Shown: positions 26,189 through 39,900 of the stretch, piece by piece
How positions within the stretch are numbered: the first letter of the stretch is position 1
Layout: each line of letters opens with the position of its first letter
Origin: Gordius albopunctatus
Taxonomy: Eukaryota
Direction of reading: 5' to 3'
DNA: 64,000 bases
Assembly: GCA_964276515.1 (NCBI GenBank)
Contig: OZ193910.1
Location: 1,116,001-1,180,000, forward strand
Program-made: the position numbers and the translations under genes
The notes under the pieces: model-generated
The model's database searches: none
What the model saw: only the letters and a program-made list of their open reading frames with translations
Told to the model about the DNA's origin: nothing

Positions 26189-26807
26189 CTAAAAAAGATA
26201 GGGATGATATACATAGTTCAAATTAGTCTCTAATTAAAATTGCCCATAGATGGCGCTAATTAGAGTATTCTTTTAATTTAATTGCGGGCACCCCTGAAAG
26301 GGGTTGTTATTATCTTCTAAAGTTTATAAAATAAAGTTGGCAGGTGCATTCAACAGTAATTTCTATATGGGAATTCTGCAAATTAAATATACGATATATA
26401 CCGTATTAAAAAATAAGTATTTAACGGCAACGTTAATTTGAAATGGGAGGAAATTTTTTGGAATTTAAAACTGGGCCTTAAACATGAATATCAGAGTTTA
26501 CTTTTGATTATATTGATTTTTTGGTATAAATTAATATATGTATGTACAACTAATAACAAAATAATTAACCGTATGTTCTTATTGCACTAGTTGTTTCACA
26601 ACGTTCCAATATGTGCAGGCATAGGCGCCCCCCTCCTCTTGAATGACCGGGGAAAAATTTGGAAAAAACCTTAAAAATTACAAAAATTTATGTTTTGCCC
26701 CTGCCCCCTAATTGAACCTTTAATCGTTTCGCCCCCCCCCCCTGGCTACGTCCATGTGTGCTGGGTATAAATTTTATAAATTCCAATATTAAAAGTACAC
26801 ACTCGTT

Positions 26808-28462
26808 CAAGCGCGTAGGGAAGGGGGGGGGGGGGTTTCGGGTTTGAACCCCCCCCCCCTCCTCCTGGATATTATTTTTTTCAAAACACAATACAAAATT
26901 ATTGACAACACAAAATTATTGATAATCATGATTATAATTAATTTAGCTAGTGTCAAGTGCTGCGTTTATATTTATATATATATATGTTAAAAAATTAAGT
27001 CGACAAGTTAATAAATTTTGAATTTCGGGATTTGTATTTTTGATTAAAAGCTTCCAAACTGATCTTATTTGTAAATTTAAGTTCCGCGCCTTATTATGAA
27101 GCGATATTCCATTTATACATACTTCCCTAAAAAGAGTAACATTTGCATTTCTGAGGAGAAAGATACAAATAGTCTTGTCAAAAAAAATCACTGATTTTAT
27201 ATCAACCCCCAAAAGATTTAATCTTTTCACTTCTAAAGTATTGTCATTGTCGGATAACCCTAAATTCTCAAAATTAATATCACTGTGTGAAACTAGATGG
27301 ACACAAAAGCACAATTATGTTCAAAGATTCTGTGAAGCGAAGGAAGCGATATTTGCTACCTTGGAGGAGATGTGTGAATGGGACGATGAAGAATCATCGT
27401 CCAATGCGGCGATTTTGCTTTCATCATTAAGGACATCCAACTTTTGGCTGTCTTTGTATATCTAAATCAAATTTTCTCTTACACTATTAATCTTAGCAAT
27501 TATTTGCAAAGGATTAATATAGACCTTTCACAGGCCATAAATGCAGCCGAAAATGCGTTTATACAGATTCAATATTTGCGGGAAAATTCCCAAGAAGAAT
27601 TTAGAACAATCTACAATGATGTCTCGTCACTAGGAGATATATATGATTTAAAAATTACTATTCCTAGGAGAGCCTCACGACAAACTCTTCGTTCAAACAT
27701 TGAAACATCTTGTCCAGAAACTTATTACAGAGTTTCGTTGTATAACTCCTTTTGAAATGCGGTTTTGGTGGAACTTGATGAAAGGTTTCTAAAAAAAACA
27801 AGCAAATACTGTTGGGATTTGATTCCCTTCTAATTAAGTCCCCTGTCATGCTCTCAACAGAGATATTAAATAACTTTCTTCAATTGGCAAATTTTTATGA
27901 AGAAGATCTTGACGGCTCTCAAGAACAATTCAAATCGGATATTAAATTGTGGTATCAGTCGTTCAAGGACTGTGAATTAGAGAATTTGCCTACCAATGCT
28001 GCATTGGAAACATTAACCAATCATGCGTCCAAATTAAAATTACATCCAAATATAAAAACATTATACCATATTTTAGCCACACTCCCCGTTACAACATGCT
28101 CTAATGAGAGATGTTTTTCAGCTTTAAAAAGACTAAAAACTTACCTCAGGAACACAATGGGACAAGAAAGGTAAATTAAATGGTTTTACTAATTTTTAAT
28201 TTAGGCTTACTGGATTAACCTTGTTAAATGTACATAGACAATATACCCCCAAAACAGAAGATATTATTAATGCATTTTTATCTAAAAAACGTCGATGTTA
28301 ATTGTTTATAGTTTTTAAATATTTTGTTATATTTTATTTTTGTTGTATTTTTACTTTACTTTCAATAATATATGTCGAAAATAAAATTACTTCCAAAAAA
28401 AATATGGCTTCAAAAATTTTAAACCCCCCCCCCCCCTCTAGCAAATCCTGGCTACGCCGTGG
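26808..28462 (+). mobile_element. Internally deleted hAT element, THAP12/ZMYM1-like transposase group
   Basis: Imperfect TIR CAAGCGCGTAG / CTACGCCGTGG; perfect 8-bp TSD CACTCGTT. Confidence 0.85.
27175..28301 (+). pseudogene. Frameshifted hAT transposase (C-terminal half) with a 34-nt intron
   Basis: KLISLCETRW, LSNYLQ..IDL, IPRRASRQT.RSN, ILATLPVTTCSNERCFSALKRLKTYLRNTMGQER; intron 28171-28204 restores ...ERLTGLTLLNVH. Split over three frames. Confidence 0.88.
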
Positions 28463-31400
28463 CACTCGTTTGTGGCGGCTATATGGGCTATAATTGATGA
28501 TGGTAATAATATGAATGGACTAAAACGTTTACTTTGAAAGGGTTTTTACTATAAGCTTTAGGCTATACCCGGTGTTAAAAGAGTGTCCCAATTAGCCTTA
28601 ATTATAGCCAAGTCAAATAAATATAGGTAAACTTTGTGTATTAATATTTGAGACAGTAAAGTTGATATAGATGTTATAGTTCGCAAAAACTAAAAAAAAT
28701 TATATTCTATACTTTAGCCTTATTTATAGTCTTATTTTCATATTGCACTTAAAATAAATAGTTTATCACTTATTTAATAATTTTATAACATCAAAAAATA
28801 TTTATATTCAGCATAATATTTTTTTAAAGTCGACACGGGAGATTTTTTAGGCTGAGACGAGATTCTCATGATCGCACTTGAGACGAGACGAAATTTTGCT
28901 TTCAGGACCGAGAACGAGATCGAAACACTAAAAACAATCAAACCCCCCCCCATTTACTTTCACTCGCAGGTTTCATCTCATCCCGTTTATCGACGGATGA
29001 GTTAGTCAAACAAATTACTCACACACAAGACCCGCACCTCGACAATGGCCTTCTGACATGGGATTACCTCAAACTTGATTCCGCAACTCACCCAACTCGA
29101 ACCACTCAAAAGTAGTGCTGTAAACATTTTAAAAAAATCGAACGCACGCGTTCACGTTCGTTAAAAATTTTATGATAAATTTTTTTAAAATTTAATTTAA
29201 TATACATAAATTTCTTATATTTTTCAATAAAATAAATAGCCATGATAAAAAATAAAAGTTTTATTTCGACAATATAATTATAAATCAATATAATCTAATA
29301 GAGCAAATATAAAGATTATTTATTTATAAAAAAAATTTCTTATTGATTTTTAATAATAATTGCTTTTCAAAATTGTCGCCTGATAAGCAGGAACGCTTGG
29401 CAGTTAATACAGAATTAGCTATACTAAAAACTCGCTCCACAGGTTCAGATGAGAGGATCGGAGTATTATACTTAATAAACAAATTTTTTAAAGGAGGAAA
29501 TTTGTTAAAAACATTTAATGTTTTGTCCCTCGCTTCAAAAAATTGCGACAAGATATCATCCTCCAATGCGCCCTCTACTTCCTCGCCAAAAAATGATATC
29601 TCGGAATTGACAGCTCTTTCATTATCAATTCTAGGGGTTTCAATCCCTTTTTTCAATAACACTAAAAGTTTATTCTTTATACGTTCATTTTAATTATTGA
29701 ATTCGATCCTTTATATAAAACGAGTGAAAAATATTTTTCATATTTTGGCCATGGCAATGACAATTCATCTTCTGATTTTGAATATTCAGAATCTGAAGAT
29801 GACGACGATATAATATTATGATTGTCCATATTAACCTATAAATTAAACTATAATTAATAATATCAAACTAATTAACTTTAATCTTATCTTCTTTTGCACG
29901 TTATGGTATGTTTAAAGTATTTCGGAATTGGTAATAGGAAGCAGAAAAACAGATGATAAAAAAATATAAGACTTTTTTGTTAAAAATTCGGATTAACATT
30001 AATTTTCAAATAAATAAAAATAAAAAGGGGTTTTTAAAATTGAACGAACATTAAATTCGAACGCGTTCATCAAAAAAAGGAAAGCGTTCACGTTCAAAGT
30101 TCACCAAAAAAAGCCTTTCATTTACAACACTACCCAAAAGGAATGGGATTTACCACTGATAGCACGTTCCGTAGCTTACCTCACTTCGAACAACCTATCT
30201 TTGGGAAATCTCCACTTCAATGGCTTGAACCAAGCCAAAGCCTAGGGTTACACTTGTCGGGCGAGGAACTTCAAATAGCTCTAGGCCTACGCCTCGGCTG
30301 CGACATTGTGTCCCCATTCAACTCCGACCTCTGTCGCCAACCCGTTCTAGCAAAAGGCCCTCATCCTCTACACTGCCAATACAGCAAGGGGCGGCATCCT
30401 AGTCATGCCACAATAAATAAAATACTCGGATAATTTTTAAAGAAAGCCGGCTTTCCCAACTCAATGGAACCCACTGGCCTAAGCTCCATTGACGGTAAAA
30501 GACCCGACGGTGTAATAATCATCCCGTGGGCTCGTGGCCTAAACGCCTGCTGGGACTTCACTACAGGGGATATATTTGACAAATCTAACGCCTCTTCCGA
30601 CCTCATCTCTTCTACTGAGAGAAAGAAAGTGAAAAAATACAAATACCTCTTTTTTATAGAAAGGTTTCAAAAAAAAGACAACTCGTATAACTTCGAAAAA
30701 TGACCGGGGTTAAGGTGACCTTCAAAAGGGGCTAAGGTGTCCTCTATAATTTAAAGTTTAAATAGTATAAATAACTTATGTGATGTGCTTAAATATTAAA
30801 AGTTTGTCTTTTGTAGTATATCAAGTATCATATAATAATTTATAATTTCTAAAATAGTAAAAGTTTATCTTTCATAACATATATAGTTTCATACAATAAT
30901 TTATAATTGCTATAATATTATAAATTTGTTTTTTAAAGCTATAAAGTTTCATATAATAAATTATAATATTGCTATTTATAATATTGCTAGATATTAAAAG
31001 TTTGTCTTTTATAGCTTATAAAGTTTCATATGATATTTTATAATATTGTTAAATATTAAGTTTGTCTTTTATAGCTTATAATATAAAGTTTCACATGATA
31101 ATTTATAATATTGTTAAATATTACGTTTTTCTTTTATAGCTTATAAAGCTTCATAAACAGAATATAAGGTAAATGTGTTTTTACAGAGATTATTAAGTTG
31201 AAATCATTGATTTTAATGTTTTATTAATATAAAAGTGTCACATAAACTTGACAATCATGAAATGGAATTAAAGTTTAAATTTATTGCATACTGGAGTCCT
31301 TAATAAAATCAGGTCTTTTAATAAAAGATGAAAACCAATCAGCACCTGCTTATTCATATTCTACCCATGAATTAGGCATTGATAAATTAAACTGTAAATG

Positions 31401-34400
31401 ATATAGACTAAGTGCATGGCATAAATTGCAGAAACATAAGTTTATACAGGCTTTATAAAGTTTCAAATAATAATTTTATTATCAGATATTTGTGCTTTTT
31501 ATGTTAAAATTAATGACTTAAGGGAGTTTGCTTAAATTGTAAAAATACTAAAAAGTTTATAACCTATTAATATAAAGCTTTATAAAATGATTTAAAAAAG
31601 TGCCTTTCCTAAGATTTTTGTTTTAGAATCAATGATTTAAATGCTTTATTGATACCAAAATGTCATATTAAGTGGATAATTATCAAAAATGGAATTAAGA
31701 TATAGAATTATTGCACCATATTAAATAATGAATGAGTGAAAGGGAAACGATAGCCCCGGCCGCGATAGCCCCAGCATGATCATTGCACTTTAAGTTGTTT
31801 TTATAGCTGATTAAACTCGTCAAATTTATAAATTTACACATAAATATAGTAAAAGAGTCAATACTTATTACTTTAGTATATGTTTAAAGTTGGCGGAACA
31901 ATTAATTTGTGAATAATGGACAAAATTCGAAAATTTAAAAAAGGACGTTTTAGCCCCGAAAAATCTTATTTTCTGCATAATTTTTTTGTAACAAAAGTTA
32001 ACCCAAATATTTTTTGTGCCTAATATGTGCCTTAATAAAGTACATTTAAGATTAAAATTTGAGGTCAAAATAAGCATAAATGACAAAATTAATTGAGAGG
32101 ACGTGTATAGCCCCGGTAAAGGAATAGCCCCGGTCTCCCCTACTTCTAAATTATCCGCCTTGGCGAAATAAACAGGGTCCGGACCGTGTAAGCCAACAAT
32201 AGCCTTTAACTTTATTTATTTTTCACTAATTTGTTTAAAATTCCTTTTCGACAGCTGGCCAGTTTTTTCTAGCAGGTTTGTCATTTTATCCGCTTTCTAT
32301 ACTTCATCATTTTAATTATGTTTTTAACTTTGAATAAGAAAAACTGTTTAGAGTGCTTGATTATTGGTCTAACGATTTTTTACTACCTAAATATAGGAGG
32401 TAGAGCCCTGCAAAGTCACATTTTTTCAACCCGAACCCGACCCGAAAGTGTTTTTAGTTTTTCAACCCGAACCCGACCCGAAAGCGTTTTTAATTTTTCA
32501 ACCCGAACCCGACCCGAAAGCGTTTTTAATTTTTCAACCCGAACCCAACCCGAAAGCGTTTGTAATTTTTCCACCCGAACCCGACCGGAAAGCGTTTTTA
32601 ATTTTTCCACCCGAACCCGACCCGAAAGCTTTTTTAATTTTTCAACCCGAACCCGAACCGAAAGCGTTTTTAATTTTTCCACCCGAACCGACCCGACCCG
32701 AAAGCGTTTTTAATTTTTCAACCCGAACCCGACCCGACCCATAGCGTTTAAAAATTTTTCAACCCAAAAACGACCAGACACGAAAAGAGGTTGAGCATCT
32801 AACAAAGTCTATTATCTTGTCATTTTCGTCATATATGAAATGGAATAATTGCCAAACCTTGGATTTACCAACCAAATTCTTTTCCACTCTAAAGATTTTA
32901 TTGTCAATCAGCTTCTGTAATTTATGTGGATCCATAATAATTCACTTAATTAATAATAAATATTATAGTTATTATATATTTTACCTATGTAGAGTTTGAA
33001 ATTGGCCAGATACAAAATGAATGAATGAGATTAATTAATGATACATTTCGATATTAATTAAAAAATGTTTTATATGTAATAGCATTAATTTGAAAGATAT
33101 GTTTGTTATGCAATATAAGATTTATAACCTTCAACCCGACCCGACCCGAAGGTATTTTAAAATTTTCAACCTTGCGGTTATAGTTATTTTTTTATTACTA
33201 ATTACATCGATAAGCACCTATTGCCCCCAAAACCAATTAGTATCTCTGATTGAGCTACAATACTGCTCAAGACCCTTAAAAGCTTATATTCTAAAGAAAT
33301 ATCCTTTTTTGAACACATTTAACTCTAGTTTTTATCAGTCTTATAAGTGTTGCAAAAAGATATTTGCTCCATTTTATAATGAGAGAGGTGCTACCTTAAA
33401 CTAATAATCGAGCGATCTATAAATGGCCTAAATTCATTAAGTAAGCACTATTTAAAAAAATTCTTCAGATGATTTCACTAGCATCAGTATTATTTATACA
33501 AACCACTTCTTTTTATAATATACTAAAAATATTTTAAACTATTACAGTTTTATGTATTTAAACGAAAGCTTTCCAATTTCAGTATTGTTAAAGAAATTAC
33601 GTTATTGATTTTCAGGGTAAAAATATGTATTGAAATAAATCTGTATTAGATTATGTCTTTTTCAGAATCCTTATTTTAGATTCCTCGTGTGGAAAAAACC
33701 TTAATTTTTTGTAATTTCTAAAATATGGGAAGTTTGCAACTTTGTCAAAACATGCAGCTCTCAGCTCAGGCTCCCTATGGAAAGCACAAATTTCCCATCA
33801 AGAAATTCACAACAGAACTTTTTAAATCACACACAGATAGCCAAAATATCCTAAGCCAGAGAGTATTACAAACGTTAAAAGGGAACTCCTTTAGTTTAAT
33901 ACCGTATCTAATAATTAATAATTATATAAATTAGGTGAATATACCTAAGCATTGTGTATGATAAAGTTGTAACATCCTAAATTTGTCTATGCTGGTTAGA
34001 ACATCATTGGGGATATCTACGTTTAAGGTTGCACTGTTAAGATTTTAAGTTTATTAAGATTAGAATAGCATGACATTTGATGCCTGCCATTGTTATGAAT
34101 TCGGTTATCAATGAGGTTTATATTGAACTCCACTCAAGTTTTATTGTATACAATATGGCATATTAAACTATTTAATTTTTGCACTCAGCATACTTAGCAA
34201 ACCTTTTTTGTGTAAAAGTGTAGTTTATGTAAAGTACCGAAGATTTTTACTGTATTTGATCATTTTGCCTTAAATCAATGATAAAAAGAACCAAATTGCA
34301 TAGCAAATAAAAATGCCTTTGATTTTCTATAAATTAGGATGAGTAACATGGAAAAATGTCTGCGAAAATTGTGCCCATCAAATTTAGCGTCATCTTTTAT

Positions 34401-34650
34401 TTTGTACAAATTTAATGTTTAACCTACGACGATGGATAATATAAAATGTCTTTAAGTTAGTAATATCATCATTTGGCTGGGTAGGGGGAATTAAATATTA
34501 TAATAACTTTTGGTAAGCAGCTTCTTAACAAAAAATCAGTTTTTGAAAGGGAAAGAAGTATACATACATACTATGATGTGGTGTAATTAAGTTTATTCAG
34601 CACAACTCCAACGTTACATAATATCAACTCAAAAATATTGTTATGTTTGA

Positions 34651-35285
34651 TTAACCAATATGAAGTCTATATGATTGACATTGATGGCTAACTGAAAATT
34701 TAGCACAAAGCAATGAATTCCACCCATTATCACCCAGACCTTTTTTCGTCATTTCAAACCGTTCATGACCTTCGTATAAAGATGTGCTAAATTGAAACGT
34801 TGTTCAATAACATCAAAACTTATTTACTTGAAAGTGGGGATCCAGTCTTGTTGTAAAGGATTAGTGAGTTTCCATTGCATAGCCAAATATGTTTTCCCTT
34901 TAATAACACATAATATATGTGTTGTTATTATCTCAATTAAATTTATTTAAAAATAAAATGCAAGAAATTCGTTGTGAAGATTTTTTATATAAGATTAACC
35001 GAATCATTAAACATTATTGTACAAACAGAGTCAAATAAGAATCTAAGGCACACAAAATTCCTAACTTCTCTCCACTACGTTAAAAAATTAATTTATATAA
35101 TTATTTAATTTATTAACACGTCATCTTTTTATAACCATATGTAGCTTTTTATTTGTGTAATATGACAAATTTGCAATGGCTACCTGGTATAAATTCATAA
35201 TCCTTCCTTGTTAGAGCTTCGTATTTCGAATTTTCATCGGACTTGTAGAATACACCATAACTATTAAATTTATCCTTCTCATACT
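34651..35285 (-). CDS. Partial copy C of the signal-peptide gene (exons 3-5; 5' part cut by the gap)
   Basis: Matches copy B at offset 16411; the contig ends inside intron 2. Confidence 0.55.
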
Positions 35286-35624
35286 CTACATAAAAATGTC
35301 AACTTTTCAATCATAGTATTGATTATATATAGGCGTAAGTAAGCCTTATACTATATTATTTAACAAAAAGTAATATTTCTTAGCGAAAGGATTCAAATTT
35401 AAACACATTAAACAGAAAATTCCATTAAGCGGTAGCTAGGTCTTGTGGTAAAACAATTTAGATATATATCGCCTAATACCATTTCATTGATCTTATTAAA
35501 AACGCAAACTAAAATTCTTCAATCTTAGGATTCTAACTAAATCTTGAGAGGAATAACTTAAAATATAAAGGCAACTTAATTAAGAGAGAATGAAATAAAA
35601 TTAAAAAAATATAAAATTTTGAGG

Positions 35625-35824
35625 NNNNNNNNNNNNNNNNNNNNNNNNNNNNNNNNNNNNNNNNNNNNNNNNNNNNNNNNNNNNNNNNNNNNNNNNNNNN
35701 NNNNNNNNNNNNNNNNNNNNNNNNNNNNNNNNNNNNNNNNNNNNNNNNNNNNNNNNNNNNNNNNNNNNNNNNNNNNNNNNNNNNNNNNNNNNNNNNNNNN
35801 NNNNNNNNNNNNNNNNNNNNNNNN
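35625..35824. other. Assembly gap (200 N)
   Basis: Run of exactly 200 N. Confidence 0.99.
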
Positions 35825-35868
35825 ATTCAAAGAATATTGTTTAGATCAATTGATAAATGTAATTTTAG

Positions 35869-36940
35869 GGTTCACCAAAAGTTTCTCTTGACTTAAACGG
35901 GACTATTGCTCTACCTGTAATGAATGCAACCTACGCACTATACATGATCGGAGGTGAGATGCCATTCCTCAAAATTTTATATTTTTTTAATTTTATTTCA
36001 TTCTCTCTTAATTAAGTTGCCTTTATATTTTAAGTTATTCCTCTCAAGATTTAGTTAGAATCCTAAGATTGAAGAATTTTAGTTTGCGTTTTTAATAAGA
36101 TCAATGAAATGGTATTAGGCGATATATATCTAAATTGTTTTACCACAAGACCTAGCTACCGCTTAATGGAATTTTCTGTTTAATGTGTTTAAATTTGAAT
36201 CCTTTCGCTAAGAAATATTACTTTTTGTTAAATAATATAGTATAAGGCTTACTTACGCCTATATATAATCAATACTATGATTGAAAAGTTGACATTTTTA
36301 TGTAGAGTATGAGAAGGATAAATTTAATAGTTATGGTGTATTCTACAAGTCCGATGAAAATTCGAAATACGAAGCTCTAACAAGGAAGGATTATGAATTT
36401 ATACCAGGTAGCCATTGCAAATTTGTCATATTACACAAATAAAAAGCTACATATGGTTATAAAAAGATGACGTGTTAATAAATTAAATAATTATATAAAT
36501 TAATTTTTTAACGTAGTGGAGAGAAGTTAGGAATTTTGTGTGCCTTAGATTCTTATTTGACTCTGTTTGTACAATAATGTTTAATGATTCGGTTAATCTT
36601 ATATAAAAAATCTTCACAACGAATTTCTTGCATTTTATTTTTAAATAAATTTAATTGAGATAATAACAACACATATATTATGTGTTATTAAAGGGAAAAC
36701 ATATTTGGCTATGCAATGGAAACTCACTAATCCTTTACAACAAGACTGGATCCCCACTTTCAAGTAAATAAGTTTTGATGTTATTGAACAACGTTTCAAT
36801 TTAGCACATCTTTATACGAAGGTCATGAACGGTTTGAAATGACGAAAAAAGGTCTGGGTGATAATGGGTGGAATTCATTGCTTTGTGCTAAATTTTCAGT
36901 TAGCCATCAATGTCAATCATATAGACTTCATATTGGTTAA
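35869..36940 (+). CDS. Partial copy D of the signal-peptide gene (exons 2-5; exon 1 cut by the gap)
   Basis: Matches copy A at offset 31397; the contig starts inside intron 1. Confidence 0.55.
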
Positions 36941-39900
36941 TCAAACATAACAATATTTTTGAGTTGATATTATGTAACGTTGGAGTTGTGCTGAATAAAC
37001 TTAATTACACCACATCATAGTATGTATGTATACTTCTTTCCCTTTCAAAAACTGATTTTTTGTTAAGAAGCTGCTTACCAAAAGTTATTATAATATTTAA
37101 TTCCCCCTACCCAGCCAAATGATGATATTACTAACTTAAAGACATTTTATATTATCCATCGTCGTAGGTTAAACATTAAATTTGTACAAAATAAAAGATG
37201 ACGCTAAATTTGATGGGCACAATTTTCGCAGACATTTTTCCATGTTACTCATCCTAATTTATAGAAAATCAAAGGCATTTTTATTTGCTATGCAATTTGG
37301 TTCTTTTTATCATTGATTTAAGGCAAAATGATCAAATACAGTAAAAATCTTCGGTACTTTACATAAACTACACTTTTACACAAAAAAGGTTTGCTAAGTA
37401 TGCTGAGTGCAAAAATTAAATAGTTTAATATGCCATATTGTATACAATAAAACTTGAGTGGAGTTCAATATAAACCTCATTGATAACCGAATTCATAACA
37501 ATGGCAGGCATCAAATGTCATGCTATTCTAATCTTAATAAACTTAAAATCTTAACAGTGCAACCTTAAACGTAGATATCCCCAATGATGTTCTAACCAGC
37601 ATAGACAAATTTAGGATGTTACAACTTTATCATACACAATGCTTAGGTATATTCACCTAATTTATATAATTATTAATTATTAGATACGGTATTAAACTAA
37701 AGGAGTTCCCTTTTAACGTTTGTAATACTCTCTGGCTTAGGATATTTTGGCTATCTGTGTGTGATTTAAAAAGTTCTGTTGTGAATTTCTTGATGGGAAA
37801 TTTGTGCTTTCCATAGGGAGCCTGAGCTGAGAGCTGCATGTTTTGACAAAGTTGCAAACTTCCCATATTTTAGAAATTACAAAAAATTAAGGTTTTTTCC
37901 ACACGAGGAATCTAAAATAAGGATTCTGAAAAAGACATAATCTAATACAGATTTATTTCAATACATATTTTTACCCTGAAAATCAATAACGTAATTTCTT
38001 TAACAATACTGAAATTGGAAAGCTTTCGTTTAAATACATAAAACTGTAATAGTTTAAAATATTTTTAGTATATTATAAAAAGAAGTGGTTTGTATAAATA
38101 ATACTGATGCTAGTGAAATCATCTGAAGAATTTTTTTAAATAGTGCTTACTTAATGAATTTAGGCCATTTATAGATCGCTCGATTATTAGTTTAAGGTAG
38201 CACCTCTCTCATTATAAAATGGAGCAAATATCTTTTTGCAACACTTATAAGACTGATAAAAACTAGAGTTAAATGTGTTCAAAAAAGGATATTTCTTTAG
38301 AATATAAGCTTTTAAGGGTCTTGAGCAGTATTGTAGCTCAATCAGAGATACTAATTGGTTTTGGGGGCAATAGGTGCTTATCGATGTAATTAGTAATAAA
38401 AAAATAACTATAACCGCAAGGTTGAAAATTTTAAAATACCTTCGGGTCGGGTCGGGTTGAAGGTTATAAATCTTATATTGCATAACAAACATATCTTTCA
38501 AATTAATGCTATTACATATAAAACATTTTTTAATTAATATCGAAATGTATCATTAATTAATCTCATTCATTCATTTTGTATCTGGCCAATTTCAAACTCT
38601 ACATAGGTAAAATATATAATAACTATAATATTTATTATTAATTAAGTGAATTATTATGGATCCACATAAATTACAGAAGCTGATTGACAATAAAATCTTT
38701 AGAGTGGAAAAGAATTTGGTTGGTAAATCCAAGGTTTGGCAATTATTCCATTTCATATATGACGAAAATGACAAGATAATAGACTTTGTTAGATGCTCAA
38801 CCTCTTTTCGTGTCTGGTCGTTTTTGGGTTGAAAAATTTTTAAACGCTATGGGTCGGGTCGGGTTCGGGTTGAAAAATTAAAAACGCTTTCGGGTCGGGT
38901 CGGTTCGGGTGGAAAAATTAAAAACGCTTTCGGTTCGGGTTCGGGTTGAAAAATTAAAAAAGCTTTCGGGTCGGGTTCGGGTGGAAAAATTAAAAACGCT
39001 TTCCGGTCGGGTTCGGGTGGAAAAATTACAAACGCTTTCGGGTTGGGTTCGGGTTGAAAAATTAAAAACGCTTTCGGGTCGGGTTCGGGTTGAAAAATTA
39101 AAAACGCTTTCGGGTCGGGTTCGGGTTGAAAAACTAAAAACACTTTCGGGTCGGGTTCGGGTTGAAAAAATGTGACTTTGCAGGGCTCTACCTCCTATAT
39201 TTAGGTAGTAAAAAATCGTTAGACCAATAATCAAGCACTCTAAACAGTTTTTCTTATTCAAAGTTAAAAACATAATTAAAATGATGAAGTATAGAAAGCG
39301 GATAAAATGACAAACCTGCTAGAAAAAACTGGCCAGCTGTCGAAAAGGAATTTTAAACAAATTAGTGAAAAATAAATAAAGTTAAAGGCTATTGTTGGCT
39401 TACACGGTCCGGACCCTGTTTATTTCGCCAAGGCGGATAATTTAGAAGTAGGGGAGACCGGGGCTATTCCTTTACCGGGGCTATACACGTCCTCTCAATT
39501 AATTTTGTCATTTATGCTTATTTTGACCTCAAATTTTAATCTTAAATGTACTTTATTAAGGCACATATTAGGCACAAAAAATATTTGGGTTAACTTTTGT
39601 TACAAAAAAATTATGCAGAAAATAAGATTTTTCGGGGCTAAAACGTCCTTTTTTAAATTTTCGAATTTTGTCCATTATTCACAAATTAATTGTTCCGCCA
39701 ACTTTAAACATATACTAAAGTAATAAGTATTGACTCTTTTACTATATTTATGTGTAAATTTATAAATTTGACGAGTTTAATCAGCTATAAAAACAACTTA
39801 AAGTGCAATGATCATGCTGGGGCTATCGCGGCCGGGGCTATCGTTTCCCTTTCACTCATTCATTATTTAATATGGTGCAATAATTCTATATCTTAATTCC

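Larger units (their letters stand above)
11932..35624 (-). repeat. ~1.44 tandem copies (B, C) of the 16.4-kb unit, inverted relative to both flanks
   Basis: Internal period 16411 (ORF 12695 recurs at 29106); coordinates mirror copy A (sum ~23783) and copy D (sum 71591). Confidence 0.97.
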
